Positions 28,094 through 38,900 of a DNA stretch of 64,000 nt are shown piece by piece. This DNA comes from a candidate division WWE3 bacterium RIFOXYC1_FULL_40_10 (GTDB lineage: Bacteria > Patescibacteriota > WWE3 > UBA101185 > UBA10185): positions 69,964 through 133,963 of the forward strand of contig MEWB01000001.1 in the NCBI GenBank assembly GCA_001773215.1. The letters are read 5' to 3'. Position 1 is the stretch's first letter. Every line of letters begins with the position of its first letter. The notes below the pieces were generated by a model. It made no database searches. It saw only the letters and a program-made list of their open reading frames with translations, and had not been told where the DNA came from. A program made the position numbers and the translations under genes.

Positions 28094-29236
28094 ATATAGG
28101 TCTGTTTGTCCGCTTGACTTGAATGAAGTGATTATTAATATTCTATCCCCACTGGGTGAGCTAAATACCAAGTCACTGTATAAAGTGTTATTGTAGATCT
28201 CAGTCTTGTTTGTACCATCTATTCTGACTAAGCTAATCGTCCCCTTTTTGTTATTCAGAATGTCTCCTTCCACTACGACAAAGTGGTAACTATCCGGGTA
28301 CCACACAAGCTTGGGTTGTGGGTCGGAGGCTTTTAGACTCATTACTGTCGTTTCTCTGTTTTCTCCTATCGGAAGAGGTTTTTCAAGGTTGTACACATAA
28401 TAGGACATCATGTCGCCGGATTGGACTGTATACATAAATTTCTTTTGATCCGGAGACCACTCAGATTTGGGAGAAAGTGCAATATTTCTAACATTGTCTG
28501 GTATATCTATCTTTTCGACGAAGGCAGTACGTTTCTTATCGAGTTCTGATATCCACGTGTCACGAGCAATCTGGGGGCTTGTTGTAGTTTCAGCAGTATT
28601 GTTAACCAAATCCGCCATGTAGTTTACTCCGTTTGGGCCTTCTATAATCAAGTTTTTGTCATCATACGACCATTCAATACTCTTAGCTCCCGAATATTTC
28701 ACACGAGTTGTATCAACTAAAACTATGCTTGAGTTAGGTCTAAATATGCTTAAAGTATAATTTCCTATCTGCATAACCCACACTCCGTTTGTCTCTTCCC
28801 CGCTGGTTGTGTACGCGACTTTATCCATAGAATTTGATAGGGACGCCGAACTTATTCCGGTATTTGTTAAGGGTTCAATTCTTGGAGTTTGGGAAATTAA
28901 AACCGCTGTAATGTCAGTTACAAGCTCTGGGAAAACTTCCAGTTCTTTTTCCCATTCTACAAACCCCTTTTTCACGATTTTCAATCGGTGTTTACCCGGT
29001 TCAATTCCGGATATCGTATCATTCGTGGCTGTTGCTACTTTGCCGTCAAGAAACACAGTTGCACCTTCCGGCAAGGACTTCGCACTTATCATACCTGTTT
29101 TGGATAGGTCGATTGTATTAGTTGAAGTTCTATTTATCCTGTATCCGGATGTGTATAAATACAGCACAGTAGTAGTGCTGAAAATAATTAAAAGTGTAAA
29201 AAGCGTTTCGAATAGTGGAAATTTGCGTATATCCAT
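28076..29236 (-). CDS. Membrane-anchored PEGA-domain protein with C-terminal TolB-like beta-propeller repeats
   Basis: TM at the N-terminus. PEGA motif SLPEGATVFLDGKVATATNDTISGIEPGKHRLKIVKKGF. Repeated WSPD/SPSGD propeller blade motifs. Start taken at the internal ATG (MDIRKF); the ORF-track start is 29272. Confidence 0.55.
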   Translation of the reverse strand: MDIRKFPLFETLFTLLIIFSTTTVLYLYTSGYRINRTSTNTIDLSKTGMISAKSLPEGATVFLDGKVATATNDTISGIEPGKHRLKIVKKGFVEWEKELEVFPELVTDITAVLISQTPRIEPLTNTGISSASLSNSMDKVAYTTSGEETNGVWVMQIGNYTLSIFRPNSSIVLVDTTRVKYSGAKSIEWSYDDKNLIIEGPNGVNYMADLVNNTAETTTSPQIARDTWISELDKKRTAFVEKIDIPDNVRNIALSPKSEWSPDQKKFMYTVQSGDMMSYYVYNLEKPLPIGENRETTVMSLKASDPQPKLVWYPDSYHFVVVEGDILNNKKGTISLVRIDGTNKTEIYNNTLYSDLVFSSPSGDRILIITSFKSSGQTDLYSVSIR

Positions 29237-29270
29237 GGAAGTAATTTTAACACACAGGTATAATGCATGC

Positions 29271-30191
29271 ATGGAATATCAAATCGAGTCAGAAAATATA
29301 TTGGGAGTTAGAGTCGATTTCGGTCTTAATATGTCTTCGGCAGTAAACTACATAGAAAAAAAACTTCTATCAAACGGTAGCTGTAATTTGATAAGCACAA
29401 CAAATCCCGAGTTTATAATGGATGCTCAAAAGGATAGAGATTTTCAGAATATTGTTAACAAGTCAGCACTTTCACTGCCGGATGGAGTCGGGGTCTTGAT
29501 GGCTAAGAACTTTATAGATAAAACAAAATTAATAGAAAGAGGTCCGGCTACTATTTTTAAAATGATAGCAGCGGGGGTTTCATGTGGTGTCTTCCCGCTT
29601 GATTCTGCCTTACAAAGGATAAACGGTATTTCCTTGGTATTTAACCTGTGCTCACTGTCGGCGCAAAAAGGGTACTCAGTCTTTTTTCTTGGGGGACGCA
29701 AAAGAAACCGAACAGGGAGAATAACTGACCAAAGCACTGAAGAAGACTTTTCGGTAAAAGCCTCCGAAAGGATGGGTGAATATTATCCGGGCCTGAATAT
29801 TGCAGGGGCTACATCTAAATTCTCGCCTAGGGAAGCAGATGATGAGATAACTGTAACGTACATAAAAGAATGCATGAGAAAGAAGAACTTGTCTACCATT
29901 GACTTCCTTTTCGTGGCGTACGGGCACCCTAAACAAGAAAAATGGATTATCAGAAACGCGCACAAACTTCCTGCAAAAGTGTGTATAGGGGTGGGCGGAA
30001 CTTTTGATTATATATTGGAGAGTAGAAATTCTACGGTAGCCAAAAACAACCAAGAAAAATATAGGTGGCTCAGCAAACTTGTAAAAGAGCCGTGGCGCTT
30101 TACTAGGGTAGTTAAAGCGTTTCCTCTGTTTCCACTAAAGCTTTTTGTACAGGAATTTCGCTCTTCTTCCACAATACATACTGAGTCATAA
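29271..30191 (+). CDS. WecB/TagA/CpsF (GT26) family glycosyltransferase
   Basis: NILGVRVD near the N-terminus and a ...LPDGVGVLMA motif are characteristic of GT26 enzymes. The ORF-track start at 28809 runs antisense through the neighbouring gene, so it was trimmed to ATG 29271. Confidence 0.7.
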   Translation: MEYQIESENILGVRVDFGLNMSSAVNYIEKKLLSNGSCNLISTTNPEFIMDAQKDRDFQNIVNKSALSLPDGVGVLMAKNFIDKTKLIERGPATIFKMIAAGVSCGVFPLDSALQRINGISLVFNLCSLSAQKGYSVFFLGGRKRNRTGRITDQSTEEDFSVKASERMGEYYPGLNIAGATSKFSPREADDEITVTYIKECMRKKNLSTIDFLFVAYGHPKQEKWIIRNAHKLPAKVCIGVGGTFDYILESRNSTVAKNNQEKYRWLSKLVKEPWRFTRVVKAFPLFPLKLFVQEFRSSSTIHTES

Positions 30192-30237
30192 CAATAAACC
30201 TATTGACACACTTTTGTAGTAGTGCAATCATTTAGTC

Positions 30238-31146
30238 ATGATAGAACTCAAAGACAGATTATATACTTCCACCGAAGTAGCAGAAGTTTTGGGAGTCAGT
30301 TTGAGGTCCGTGTACAGGTATCTCGAGGAGGGAAAATTGAATGCTGAGGTAAAGACTGCAACAGGCAGACATAGGTTTACAAAGCAGAACATAGTTGATT
30401 TTTTGTATCCTGATGGTGAGAAAAAAGTACAAGCCCGACCTAAAGTTTTGGATACTTCCATCATAAGCGAAGAGGAGCCCAAGGCTCCTATAGTTGCTGA
30501 GGAAGAAGCAGAAGAAGTAATCGAAGTTGAACAGGAGCCAGCTAAAAAAGAGGCTAAAGAGGAAACCGTAGACTGGCTGTCTAAATTCAGGGAGGCCGCC
30601 AAAAAGTTTGAAGAAGAAAGAATAAGTGCGCAAAAAGAAGAAGATCCGGAAGTAGAAAAACAACAGAAAGTTACCCCTGAAAAAACGGACAATATCAGTG
30701 ATTTGCTTAGTGAAGAAAGTGAGCCGGAGGAGAAGGAAGAAAAAGCGGCAGAACCTTCAGTAACCCCATTGTACTACCGAAGTAAATTGGGAGGACTTAA
30801 AGACGTAGCGCAGAGTTTAGATAAAAACGCTAGAGAGTCGGGCCTCAAGTACGCGTTCACCTTAAATGCCGGATTGTCACTATTTAAGCCGATAAAACCA
30901 TTTTCGACATTGCATTCCTATGTGACATCTGGAGATCAGGAGTTTTTCGAGAGGACACTTATGCTTGTACCTTCTGACGAAGCCAATGCCCAGCTGTGTT
31001 TGCTCATTTCTGATAATAACAGTCTTTATGCCGATAGAGTAGAATTGCATGGTCTACAAGTAGTATCTAGAGAGCAGCTGCTTCAGGACGTCAGGCAGTA
31101 TGGTGACGAGGTTCTACTGTCAGAAGCAGAGTCGGTGCTCGGGTGA
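30238..31146 (+). CDS. DNA-binding protein with N-terminal excisionase/MerR-like HTH (HTH_17-type), acidic low-complexity linker and C-terminal domain
   Basis: LYTSTEVAEVLGVSLRSVYRYLEEGKLNAEVKTATGRHRF matches the HTH_17 pattern. An E/K-rich ~100-aa linker follows. Confidence 0.55.
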   Translation: MIELKDRLYTSTEVAEVLGVSLRSVYRYLEEGKLNAEVKTATGRHRFTKQNIVDFLYPDGEKKVQARPKVLDTSIISEEEPKAPIVAEEEAEEVIEVEQEPAKKEAKEETVDWLSKFREAAKKFEEERISAQKEEDPEVEKQQKVTPEKTDNISDLLSEESEPEEKEEKAAEPSVTPLYYRSKLGGLKDVAQSLDKNARESGLKYAFTLNAGLSLFKPIKPFSTLHSYVTSGDQEFFERTLMLVPSDEANAQLCLLISDNNSLYADRVELHGLQVVSREQLLQDVRQYGDEVLLSEAESVLG

Positions 31147-31173
31147 TAGACTAACGATTTGGTATCAAGAGAA

Positions 31174-31198
31174 GGCGTCCCCCAGGGGACGCCTTTTT
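31174..31198 (+). terminator. Rho-independent terminator
   Basis: ggcgtcccc / ggggacgcc stem followed by ttttt. Confidence 0.75.
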
Positions 31199-31203
31199 AC
31201 ATA

Positions 31204-31232
31204 TTGACAGCCCTATAAGATTTTGATAAACT
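31204..31232 (+). promoter_or_regulatory. Sigma70-like promoter TTGACA-17-TAAACT
   Basis: ttgaca at 31204-31209, a 17-nt spacer, taaact at 31227-31232. Confidence 0.45.
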
Positions 31233-31367
31233 CGTGCCCACAAAGAGGATCTTGTTCGGGATAGACGCTAAAGTTTCTTATGCTGTGGGCAGGAGCATAT
31301 GAGACTGTCTATTCCGAATTAGGTCCTTTTTTTGACAGTTTGTGGTTTTTTCTGCATAATTCAGTTT

Positions 31368-32390
31368 GTGAAACTCGGATTACTTATTACTATTCATGAA
31401 TCGTCACTGTTGGACGAAAGAGCCTTTAGGACTTTAGTTGAAGAATGTTACACACCCCTTTTTAGACTAATTAAAAACAACCATAGACACAGGTTCTCAA
31501 TTAGCATCGATTTCAGCTTTCTCCAGCTATTGAATACTTACGGCTATTTGGAACTGCTAGCAACAATAAAGCAGCTTTATAGCATGGAGAGGGTGGAGTT
31601 GGTTGGGTCAGTTGCCCATGGGGCTTTATTGGCTGACTTATCTGAGGATCTATTATCCGCACAAATTGTCTTAAATGAGTATGCACTGGCACACTTTTTT
31701 GGGTCTCATCAATCCTTTGAGGGTGATAAAGGGTATATGATAAAAAACATCGCGGGTTTTTATCCCACTAAATTTGTAATAGATGAGGACAAAGCTCGCC
31801 AAATATTAGAAATGGGCTATGAGTGGATACCTGTAAAGTCAACTTCCGCTGATTTCGGAGTTAGATACGAGCTGAAAGCTGAATCGGGGGCTTTAGTATC
31901 CCTAGATGATACTCTTTCGGATCTGATAGCAGGTGATATATCCAAGGTAGCTGACTATCTAAAAATGAAAGGAGATTCATATTGTGGCTTCGCTTGTGTA
32001 GATAGCCAAGCCTTTTGGTTTAGAAATAAAGAGGGTGTAGCGTACCTGGATTTGCTGCTGACCTGGTTACTGGAGAAAAATATAGAATTGAGTACAGTGT
32101 CTTCTCTCGTTGGTTCATTAAAATCAGGTCAACTAAGCGAGTTTTCGAGTATAGCTGATGCTGGTATTAGTGAAAGACGTAAGCAATTTCTGCAAATTCA
32201 GCAGGACTTAACAGAAAAATTCGGTGATGGCTTATTAGTGTTGGAGGAACAGGAGATACAGGATTATTTTGAGAAAAAACCTGCCACATTGGTTCTAAAT
32301 ATGCACCAGGCTCTTTCCGGAGATAGGTATGAGGATAGTTTAGCAAAAGCCTATTTCGATTTATTTACCCAAATATCATTAGGTCTTTGA
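31368..32390 (+). CDS. Hypothetical protein; weak resemblance to the N-terminal region of GH57 / DUF1957-type glycoside hydrolases
   Basis: The ORF has no in-frame ATG near its 5' end; a GTG at 31368 or a TTG at 31332 is the likely start. VELVGSVAHGALLADL is reminiscent of the GH57 E(L/I)xGSxYxHxILPL block. The function call is low confidence. Confidence 0.35.
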   Translation: MKLGLLITIHESSLLDERAFRTLVEECYTPLFRLIKNNHRHRFSISIDFSFLQLLNTYGYLELLATIKQLYSMERVELVGSVAHGALLADLSEDLLSAQIVLNEYALAHFFGSHQSFEGDKGYMIKNIAGFYPTKFVIDEDKARQILEMGYEWIPVKSTSADFGVRYELKAESGALVSLDDTLSDLIAGDISKVADYLKMKGDSYCGFACVDSQAFWFRNKEGVAYLDLLLTWLLEKNIELSTVSSLVGSLKSGQLSEFSSIADAGISERRKQFLQIQQDLTEKFGDGLLVLEEQEIQDYFEKKPATLVLNMHQALSGDRYEDSLAKAYFDLFTQISLGL

Positions 32391-32400
32391 CCAGTAACAG

Positions 32401-32422
32401 AAAAGCCCCGTTTGTGGGGCTT
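32401..32422. terminator. Bidirectional intrinsic terminator between convergent genes
   Basis: aaagcccc / ggggcttt with loop gtttgt. A-tract on one side and T-tract on the other. Confidence 0.6.
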
Positions 32423-32450
32423 TCCATACTTTCCGATTTAAATGGAAACT

Positions 32451-32843
32451 TTACTTTAATTCTACCTTTGCTCCTGCATCTTCAAGTTTCTTTTTAGCTG
32501 TTTGTGCATCCGCTTTTTTGGCGCTCTCTAGGATTGTTTTAGGAGCTGATTCTACTAAGCCCTTTGCATCAACTAAGCCTAGTGAGGGAACCAGTTCTCT
32601 AACTACTTTAATTACTGCAATTTTGTTGGCTCCTGCGTCTGCTAGTACTACGTCAAACTCGTCCTTCTCTTCCTCGACAGGTGCTGATGTTCCTGCAGCT
32701 GCTACTGCTCCCATCATTACTGGGGCTGCTGCTGACACTCCAAACTTTTCTTCCAAAGCTTTCACTAAGTCGTTAAGTTCCAAAACTGTCATTTTTTCTA
32801 CCATGTCCATTACTTTTTGTGCGTTACTCGATAATTCTGCCAT
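32451..32843 (-). CDS. rplL: 50S ribosomal protein L7/L12
   Basis: 130 aa. N-terminal dimerisation helix. Ala-rich flexible hinge. C-terminal domain ending KVELK. Confidence 0.9.
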   Translation of the reverse strand: MAELSSNAQKVMDMVEKMTVLELNDLVKALEEKFGVSAAAPVMMGAVAAAGTSAPVEEEKDEFDVVLADAGANKIAVIKVVRELVPSLGLVDAKGLVESAPKTILESAKKADAQTAKKKLEDAGAKVELK

Positions 32844-32858
32844 TGTTAATACACCTCC

Positions 32859-33380
32859 TCACTTTCTTTTATCCGCTACTGCGGCCAGTGTTCGTACAAA
32901 TTTTGATTGTACACCACCTAAAGTTCTTACAAACCCCGATATAGGGCTACTTAATAATCCTACAATCTGTCCAATCATCTGCTCTCTAGAAGGTAGCTGG
33001 CTCAATATATCAATTTGGTCTGCGCTAGTATACGTGCCTTCTATCAGTGCAGACTTTATTTTGAAGCTTCCCATTTCTTTAGCAGCTGCAACTAAGGACT
33101 TAAGAGGCAATACTATGTCGGAAAATGAAAATACTGCCACATTCTTACCTTTTAAATCACTTTCCAGTTGCTCCGTATTTTGGCCACTGCCTTTTAAGGC
33201 AACCTTAAGTAATGTGTTTTTTGCTACAACAATTTCAGCATCGGCACTTCTAATCTTCTGTCGGAGATCGTTCAGGCTGGTGGCACTTACACCTGTATAG
33301 TCGGCGATTGTTACAGCCTTTGATCTTGAAAGTTTTTCTTTTAGATCTTCTACTATATTTTTGTTTTTCGTATTAGGCAT
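32859..33380 (-). CDS. rplJ: 50S ribosomal protein L10
   Basis: Start at MPNTKNK with SD aaaggaac upstream. The L10 fold is recognisable and the gene lies immediately upstream of rplL. Confidence 0.85.
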   Translation of the reverse strand: MPNTKNKNIVEDLKEKLSRSKAVTIADYTGVSATSLNDLRQKIRSADAEIVVAKNTLLKVALKGSGQNTEQLESDLKGKNVAVFSFSDIVLPLKSLVAAAKEMGSFKIKSALIEGTYTSADQIDILSQLPSREQMIGQIVGLLSSPISGFVRTLGGVQSKFVRTLAAVADKRK

Positions 33381-33522
33381 TATTTGTTCCTTTAAATAAA
33401 AAAACACTCACCGATATGAAAGGTGAGTAAATCAGTTTTTACTAAATTTTCACCTCGGCAAGATTTTTAATTCCGCTAAACGGAACCTTGCTATCTACGG
33501 CACGTTAAACAGTATAAGTGTT

Positions 33523-34401
33523 TTGATTTCTTTGTCAAGTCAATATATCCAATATCACTGGAAAATGGGGGCTTCCAATTTTGTACCAAAATTATATAAA
33601 TATCGCATGACTATCCCATCGCAGCTTTTGAAGATTCGGCCCAAAGTACAGCATCTGTACTATCGGGGGGAATATGACGAAAGCATTTTTAATAAATGTA
33701 TTGCTGTTGTGGGAAGTAGACGTATGACAGCCTATGGAAAGAGAGTACTGGAGAAAATCATACCGTGTCTGGTTGAGGAGGGGGTGACCATAGTGTCAGG
33801 TTATATGTATGGGACTGACAAAGAAGCACATAAGATAACGCTAGATTGTGGTGGGAAAACAATTGCAGTATTAGGCTGGGGTATTGATTGGAATCCCGAA
33901 GTTCCCTCGAAAAACCTGCTGTTTGTCAGTGAATATCCAAATGATTTGAAGCCGCAATTATGGATGTTCCCTAAACGAAATCGAATAGTAGCGGGTCTTA
34001 GTTTGGGAGTAATAGTTATTGAGGCTTCGGAAGATTCTGGAAGCTTAATCACTGCCGATATGGCTAAAAAGTTTGGCCGGAAAGTGTTTTGTATTCCTGG
34101 GCCCATCACCTCCACCGTATCCAAGGGTTCGAACACCTATATTCGGGACGGTCTGGCATCCATTGTCACCGACGTTAATGACATTACTCAGTTTTTTAAT
34201 TGGAAGATTGCCGAGAAGCATCCTTCCAACGGCAAACAATTGGCTTTACTCGACTTTCTTGATGTGGAACCTCTAACGATGGATGAGATTTCCGAGAAGA
34301 TGTGCCGAAAAGTGAGTGATGTGTCAGCTGAGCTTTCTTTGCTTCAGCTTAAGGGGGAAGTTATAGAGGAAGGAGGAAAGTACTATGTTAGCAAAGGTTA
34401 A
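33523..34401 (+). CDS. dprA: DNA processing protein DprA (Smf)
   Basis: Rossmann-like core IAVVGSRRMTAYGKRVLE...VSGYMYGTDKEAH...VIVIEASEDSGSLITA. C-terminal winged-helix. Confidence 0.85.
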   Translation: MISLSSQYIQYHWKMGASNFVPKLYKYRMTIPSQLLKIRPKVQHLYYRGEYDESIFNKCIAVVGSRRMTAYGKRVLEKIIPCLVEEGVTIVSGYMYGTDKEAHKITLDCGGKTIAVLGWGIDWNPEVPSKNLLFVSEYPNDLKPQLWMFPKRNRIVAGLSLGVIVIEASEDSGSLITADMAKKFGRKVFCIPGPITSTVSKGSNTYIRDGLASIVTDVNDITQFFNWKIAEKHPSNGKQLALLDFLDVEPLTMDEISEKMCRKVSDVSAELSLLQLKGEVIEEGGKYYVSKG

Positions 34402-35908
34402 GACGTGTGCCATTGTAGGACTTAGTGGGGTCTTAGTGGAGGTTGAAGTGGATATTGCTTCAAGGGGTTTGCCTTCATTTAACATAGTAGGTTTTTCAGG
34501 CAAGGCAGTAGAAGAAGCTCGGGAAAGAGTGAAGACTGCTTTGGTGAATTCGGGCTTTGCCTTTCCTCTTAAGAAGATCACAGTAAACTTAGCACCCTCG
34601 GACATACTCAAGGAAGGAGGAAGCTATGATTTGCCGATAGCAATTGGAATATTAAAAGCATGCGGGGAGATAGACGAGACTGAAAATAACGAGCTGTTTT
34701 ACGGAGAATTGTCTTTAGACGGCAAGGTTAGGCATACCAAAGGAGTTTTATTAGTCAGCATTTTTGCAAAAGAATGCGGTTATATAAACGAGATATACGT
34801 TCCAAAGGACTCCTCTAAGGAAGGTGCTATTGTGGAAGACACTACTGTGTTTCCTGTATCCAATATTCAAGAGCTCGTGAACCATTTAAGGGGTAGTAAA
34901 AAGATACTGCCTCAGGGAGTTATCAATATAGATACTGATCTTAATCGCGGAAAATTTGAGTTTGATTTCTGCGAGGTGATAGGGCAAGAACAAGCCAAGA
35001 GAGCCCTAACTATAGCGGCTGCCGGTGGGCATAATATAATGCTTAGCGGACCTCCGGGATCTGGAAAAACTATGTTAGCTAGAGCCCTTCCTTCCATACT
35101 TCCTATGTTATCTGCTAGGGAGGTCCTAGAGGTTACAAAGGTATACTCAGTTGCAGGGTTACTAAGTCCCGGGGAGTCTTACATAAAGAATCGATCCTTT
35201 CGAGCTCCTCACCATTCCATGTCTTTAGTTGGGCTAATTGGTGGCGGATCCCATCCCGTACCGGGCGAAGTAAGTTTGTCTCATCTTGGCGTATTATTTC
35301 TAGATGAAATGGCGGAGTTTCCGCGTTCTGTCTTGGAGTCAATGAGACAACCCATGGAGGATGGCAAGGTTGTGATATCCAGAGCTTTGGGTAGGGTAGA
35401 GTACCCTGCGAATTTTACGCTGGTCGCCGCAGTCAATCCTTGTCCGTGCGGATATAATGGACATCCACGTAAGGTATGTAGTTGTACACCAACGCAAATT
35501 ATCCGGTACAAAAAGAGAATTTCCGGTCCAATTATGGACAGAATCGATATTCATGTTCATGTGCCGTTTGTTGAGCCTTCCCTGCTGGACAATACTGCTG
35601 CCCAAGTTAGATCTGAGCAAATCCTCGAAGAAGTTAAGAGTGCTAGAAAATTACAGTATGAAAGACTTATGCATTGGGAGAATATGTATACTAATTCGCA
35701 GATGAGAAACAAGCAGGTAACGACTTATTGTAGCTTATCCCCCGAGAGTGTAAGACTTGTTAGGACAGCCGTTGAAAAATACGATTTGTCTACCAGGGGA
35801 TATTTTCGATTGCTTAAGGTAGCAAGAACAATTGCTGATCTGGCACACAGCTCGGATATACTGATAGCCCATCTGGCAGAGGCACTGCAATACAGGATAA
35901 AGGGGTAA
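34385..35908 (+). CDS. comM: YifB/ComM family Mg-chelatase-like AAA+ ATPase
   Basis: N-terminal Lon-like domain. Walker A LSGPPGSGKTMLARALPSILP. Mg-chelatase ChlI-like core. C-terminal domain. Confidence 0.9.
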   Translation: MLAKVKTCAIVGLSGVLVEVEVDIASRGLPSFNIVGFSGKAVEEARERVKTALVNSGFAFPLKKITVNLAPSDILKEGGSYDLPIAIGILKACGEIDETENNELFYGELSLDGKVRHTKGVLLVSIFAKECGYINEIYVPKDSSKEGAIVEDTTVFPVSNIQELVNHLRGSKKILPQGVINIDTDLNRGKFEFDFCEVIGQEQAKRALTIAAAGGHNIMLSGPPGSGKTMLARALPSILPMLSAREVLEVTKVYSVAGLLSPGESYIKNRSFRAPHHSMSLVGLIGGGSHPVPGEVSLSHLGVLFLDEMAEFPRSVLESMRQPMEDGKVVISRALGRVEYPANFTLVAAVNPCPCGYNGHPRKVCSCTPTQIIRYKKRISGPIMDRIDIHVHVPFVEPSLLDNTAAQVRSEQILEEVKSARKLQYERLMHWENMYTNSQMRNKQVTTYCSLSPESVRLVRTAVEKYDLSTRGYFRLLKVARTIADLAHSSDILIAHLAEALQYRIKG

Positions 35909-35921
35909 AAAGTACGATGTT

Positions 35922-38900
35922 TCATTCCTCAAAGTTTATTGCCCCATTGTTGTACTCAATTTTTGCCTGAGTAGCTGTTAACGTGTAGGTCCAAATTTTG
36001 ACGTCGTCCATATCGCCTTCAAGATTTCCCATTCCTTCGATTCTGCCTATATCAAAATCTGTTGCGCTTAGGGAAGTTGCAGTTGAGATTACCACGTGTT
36101 GCCATATTCCTGCAGATAATGTGGTTGATGGAATCCCGTTTACAAATATTGTGGGCGATGAAAAGCCCTGAGCGGTGATAGTTCCGCCGTTAATCCACAC
36201 ATATGCGGAACCGTTTAGGTCAATTGGGTATTCTGTTGCGGAGGTTGGGTTAATCCAAAATGAAATGGAGTTAACCACATTGGGTCCTGCTCCTATATCA
36301 ACATAACCGTCTGAGCCGTTGAAGGTGTATCCATAGTTTAACTTGCCATTTGTTAGTAAAGTGACACCATTTGTCAAGGTTCCATTTATTCCGTTGCCGC
36401 TGGCATCGTAGGACACCGTGCCTGTAGTCTCATCCATTCTCCACCAGCCCCTTGGTCCTCCTTGGTTATAGTCCCAAGCAACTTGCGCGGGAGTACGGGC
36501 ATAATCGTAAATTCGGACCTGGTCAATCCCACCATCCCATTCACTGGAACCTGTTGATAGTTGGGAGCCTATATTAGCGAGTGTTTCATCGATACTACCT
36601 GTCCATGTACCCAAAGAACTAACTGTGCTTCCTTCCTGTTTTCCATTTATGTAAGCTCTGACTGCGTCGGAGGATTTGCTCCATGTGATAACTGCATGTG
36701 TCCAATCCGTGTAACTTGATGAGGACGTTGATACCCCTGAATTTGTTCCCCCGGCAATGTAATAGAACTGTAACTGGTTGTCCAGGGTGGATTTATGCAG
36801 CGTTACTCGATTATCGGTGTCTGCAGCTATGTATAGGAGTCTGTGGTTTACACCATCTGTCCAAATGCTGCTATTGGCTTTGAACCACAATTCTGCAGTT
36901 CCTTCTGATGTATCGAAAGCGTTAGCAAAGTTCGCGCTGTAAATATTAACAGAGGTGTTGAGTGCCGAATCGAACTCCAGAGCCTTGCCGAATTTGCCTG
37001 GAGACCAGGACGGGGAATTTACTAAGATCCCGTCGTAGCTGTTTCCACTTTTGTCATAAGCAGTGCTTCCGGCCCCGTCGTCAAAATTCCATTCTGCAAT
37101 TGGGTCAGAGCACGATGATGTATCACCGGGGACACAGTACCCACGATCTGCCGAATTATCTGGGGTTGCCCCATCTCCATCTGTGGAGAGAGCTCCAAAG
37201 CTTTGTGCCGTTCCATGGTTGTATTCAGTTTTTACTTGTTCTGCGGATAGTGCAAAGTTGTATATTTTTACTTCGTCAAGAATTCCGCTGAAAGGATTGG
37301 TTCCGGGGACATTGTTGGAATAGTGAGCACCGACTAAAATTCTGTCAGTTGGGTTTGCGTATATATTACATGTATCATAATCTGCCAAGTTGCCGTCGAC
37401 ATATATCGAATAAGTGCCGGAGGGGTTTATAGTAGCCACAGCGTGATGCCAATCACCGTCGTTATATCCGATCCCCGAAGCTGAGGAGCATGCAACTCCG
37501 TCGAATAGCATTACCATACCACTACTGTGTATTTGTAGAATGGGACCTGCTCTAACAGGGATATTTTCGTTTGAAATCAAAGTCTGTGTGCTTAAAGACG
37601 ATGTCTTAAACCAAGTTGAAAAAGTCAGTTCAGCCGATAAGTCTGCTGCTGTATTGACTTGAACATAATCTCCGTCTCCGTCAAAGCTTAAAGCCTTCCC
37701 ATACTTTCCCGAATTACTCCATGTGGCGTTTGACAATGTGCCATTAAGCGACGAGCCACCATTGCCTGAATTATTAGATGATGTTAAGTAACCCTCATCA
37801 AACTTGTAGTGGACAAGGGCAGAGGGGGTAGGAGATCCTGGTGCAGCATGTCCAGCATTCATGTCAGCAATTACTTGCTTTTCAGAACGCGCGTAGTTAT
37901 AAATTCGAACATCATCAGTAGCTCCGCTTAAGTAGGCACTTCCCTCAGTATATTTCCCGATTAGTAAGGGAGTGCTATCGGATCCAGTTGAGGTTGGTAC
38001 TGTGCCACTAAAAGTAAGAGTTTGTAGAGCACCATTAAAGTACAGTTTCAATCTGTTAGCGTTGCCTGTTTGCGCCCCGTCAAAAACCATAGCAACGTGA
38101 TGCCAAATGTTATTTGTTAGAATGTTTCCGGTAGTGTAGGCGTAAGGGTTGGAGCCGTCGTTGATTCTCACAAAAATATCGTCATTCCCGCCCAAACCGC
38201 CTGCTCGTAGTAAATCTATTTTCATGTTTTTAGAGATTATGCCTTCATATTGTGTCCCTGCGCCATCAACCTTAACCCAGGCTTCTGCTGTTAGGGCGCC
38301 CTGACTTTCAACTGAACTTATGTCACCTGCTGTCACATAATCATCGTTTCCGTCAAATTTAATTCCTTTTCCAAATTTGCCCTTTGTCCAGGTTGGTAGG
38401 TGAGTGGCTCCCGTTAATGTGCCGGTGTTTCCGTTACCTGATGAATCATTTGCTGAAATTCCTGTTCCTTCATCAAAATTCCAATGTGCTACAGGAGCCG
38501 GTGCCCAGCTGTAGAGCTGATCGATTTCAGCACCCGAAAGGGCTCGGTTGTAGATACGAACATCATCTAAGCGAGCATTTATAGAAAAAGCGTCATTATT
38601 TGGATAGGCTCTACCAAACCTATCGAAGCGGATACCGGAGCCATTTGATCCCGGATTTGAGCTTCCCTTGTACTCACCATTCAAGTACATCTTTACTAAA
38701 CCAGTGCCGTCTGCAACTGCTGTAACTAGATACCAGGTGGTGTTATTCATAGTTACAGTTACATCGGTAGGTGACTGGCTGTCGCGGTTTCTTGCGCCAA
38801 TCTTACTGGAAGCCCCGTTTACATAGGTGTATATATAACTGCCTTGTAAATTTACACCCAGGGGGATATTGTTTTTTACGTCATTCGGATAAATCCAATA

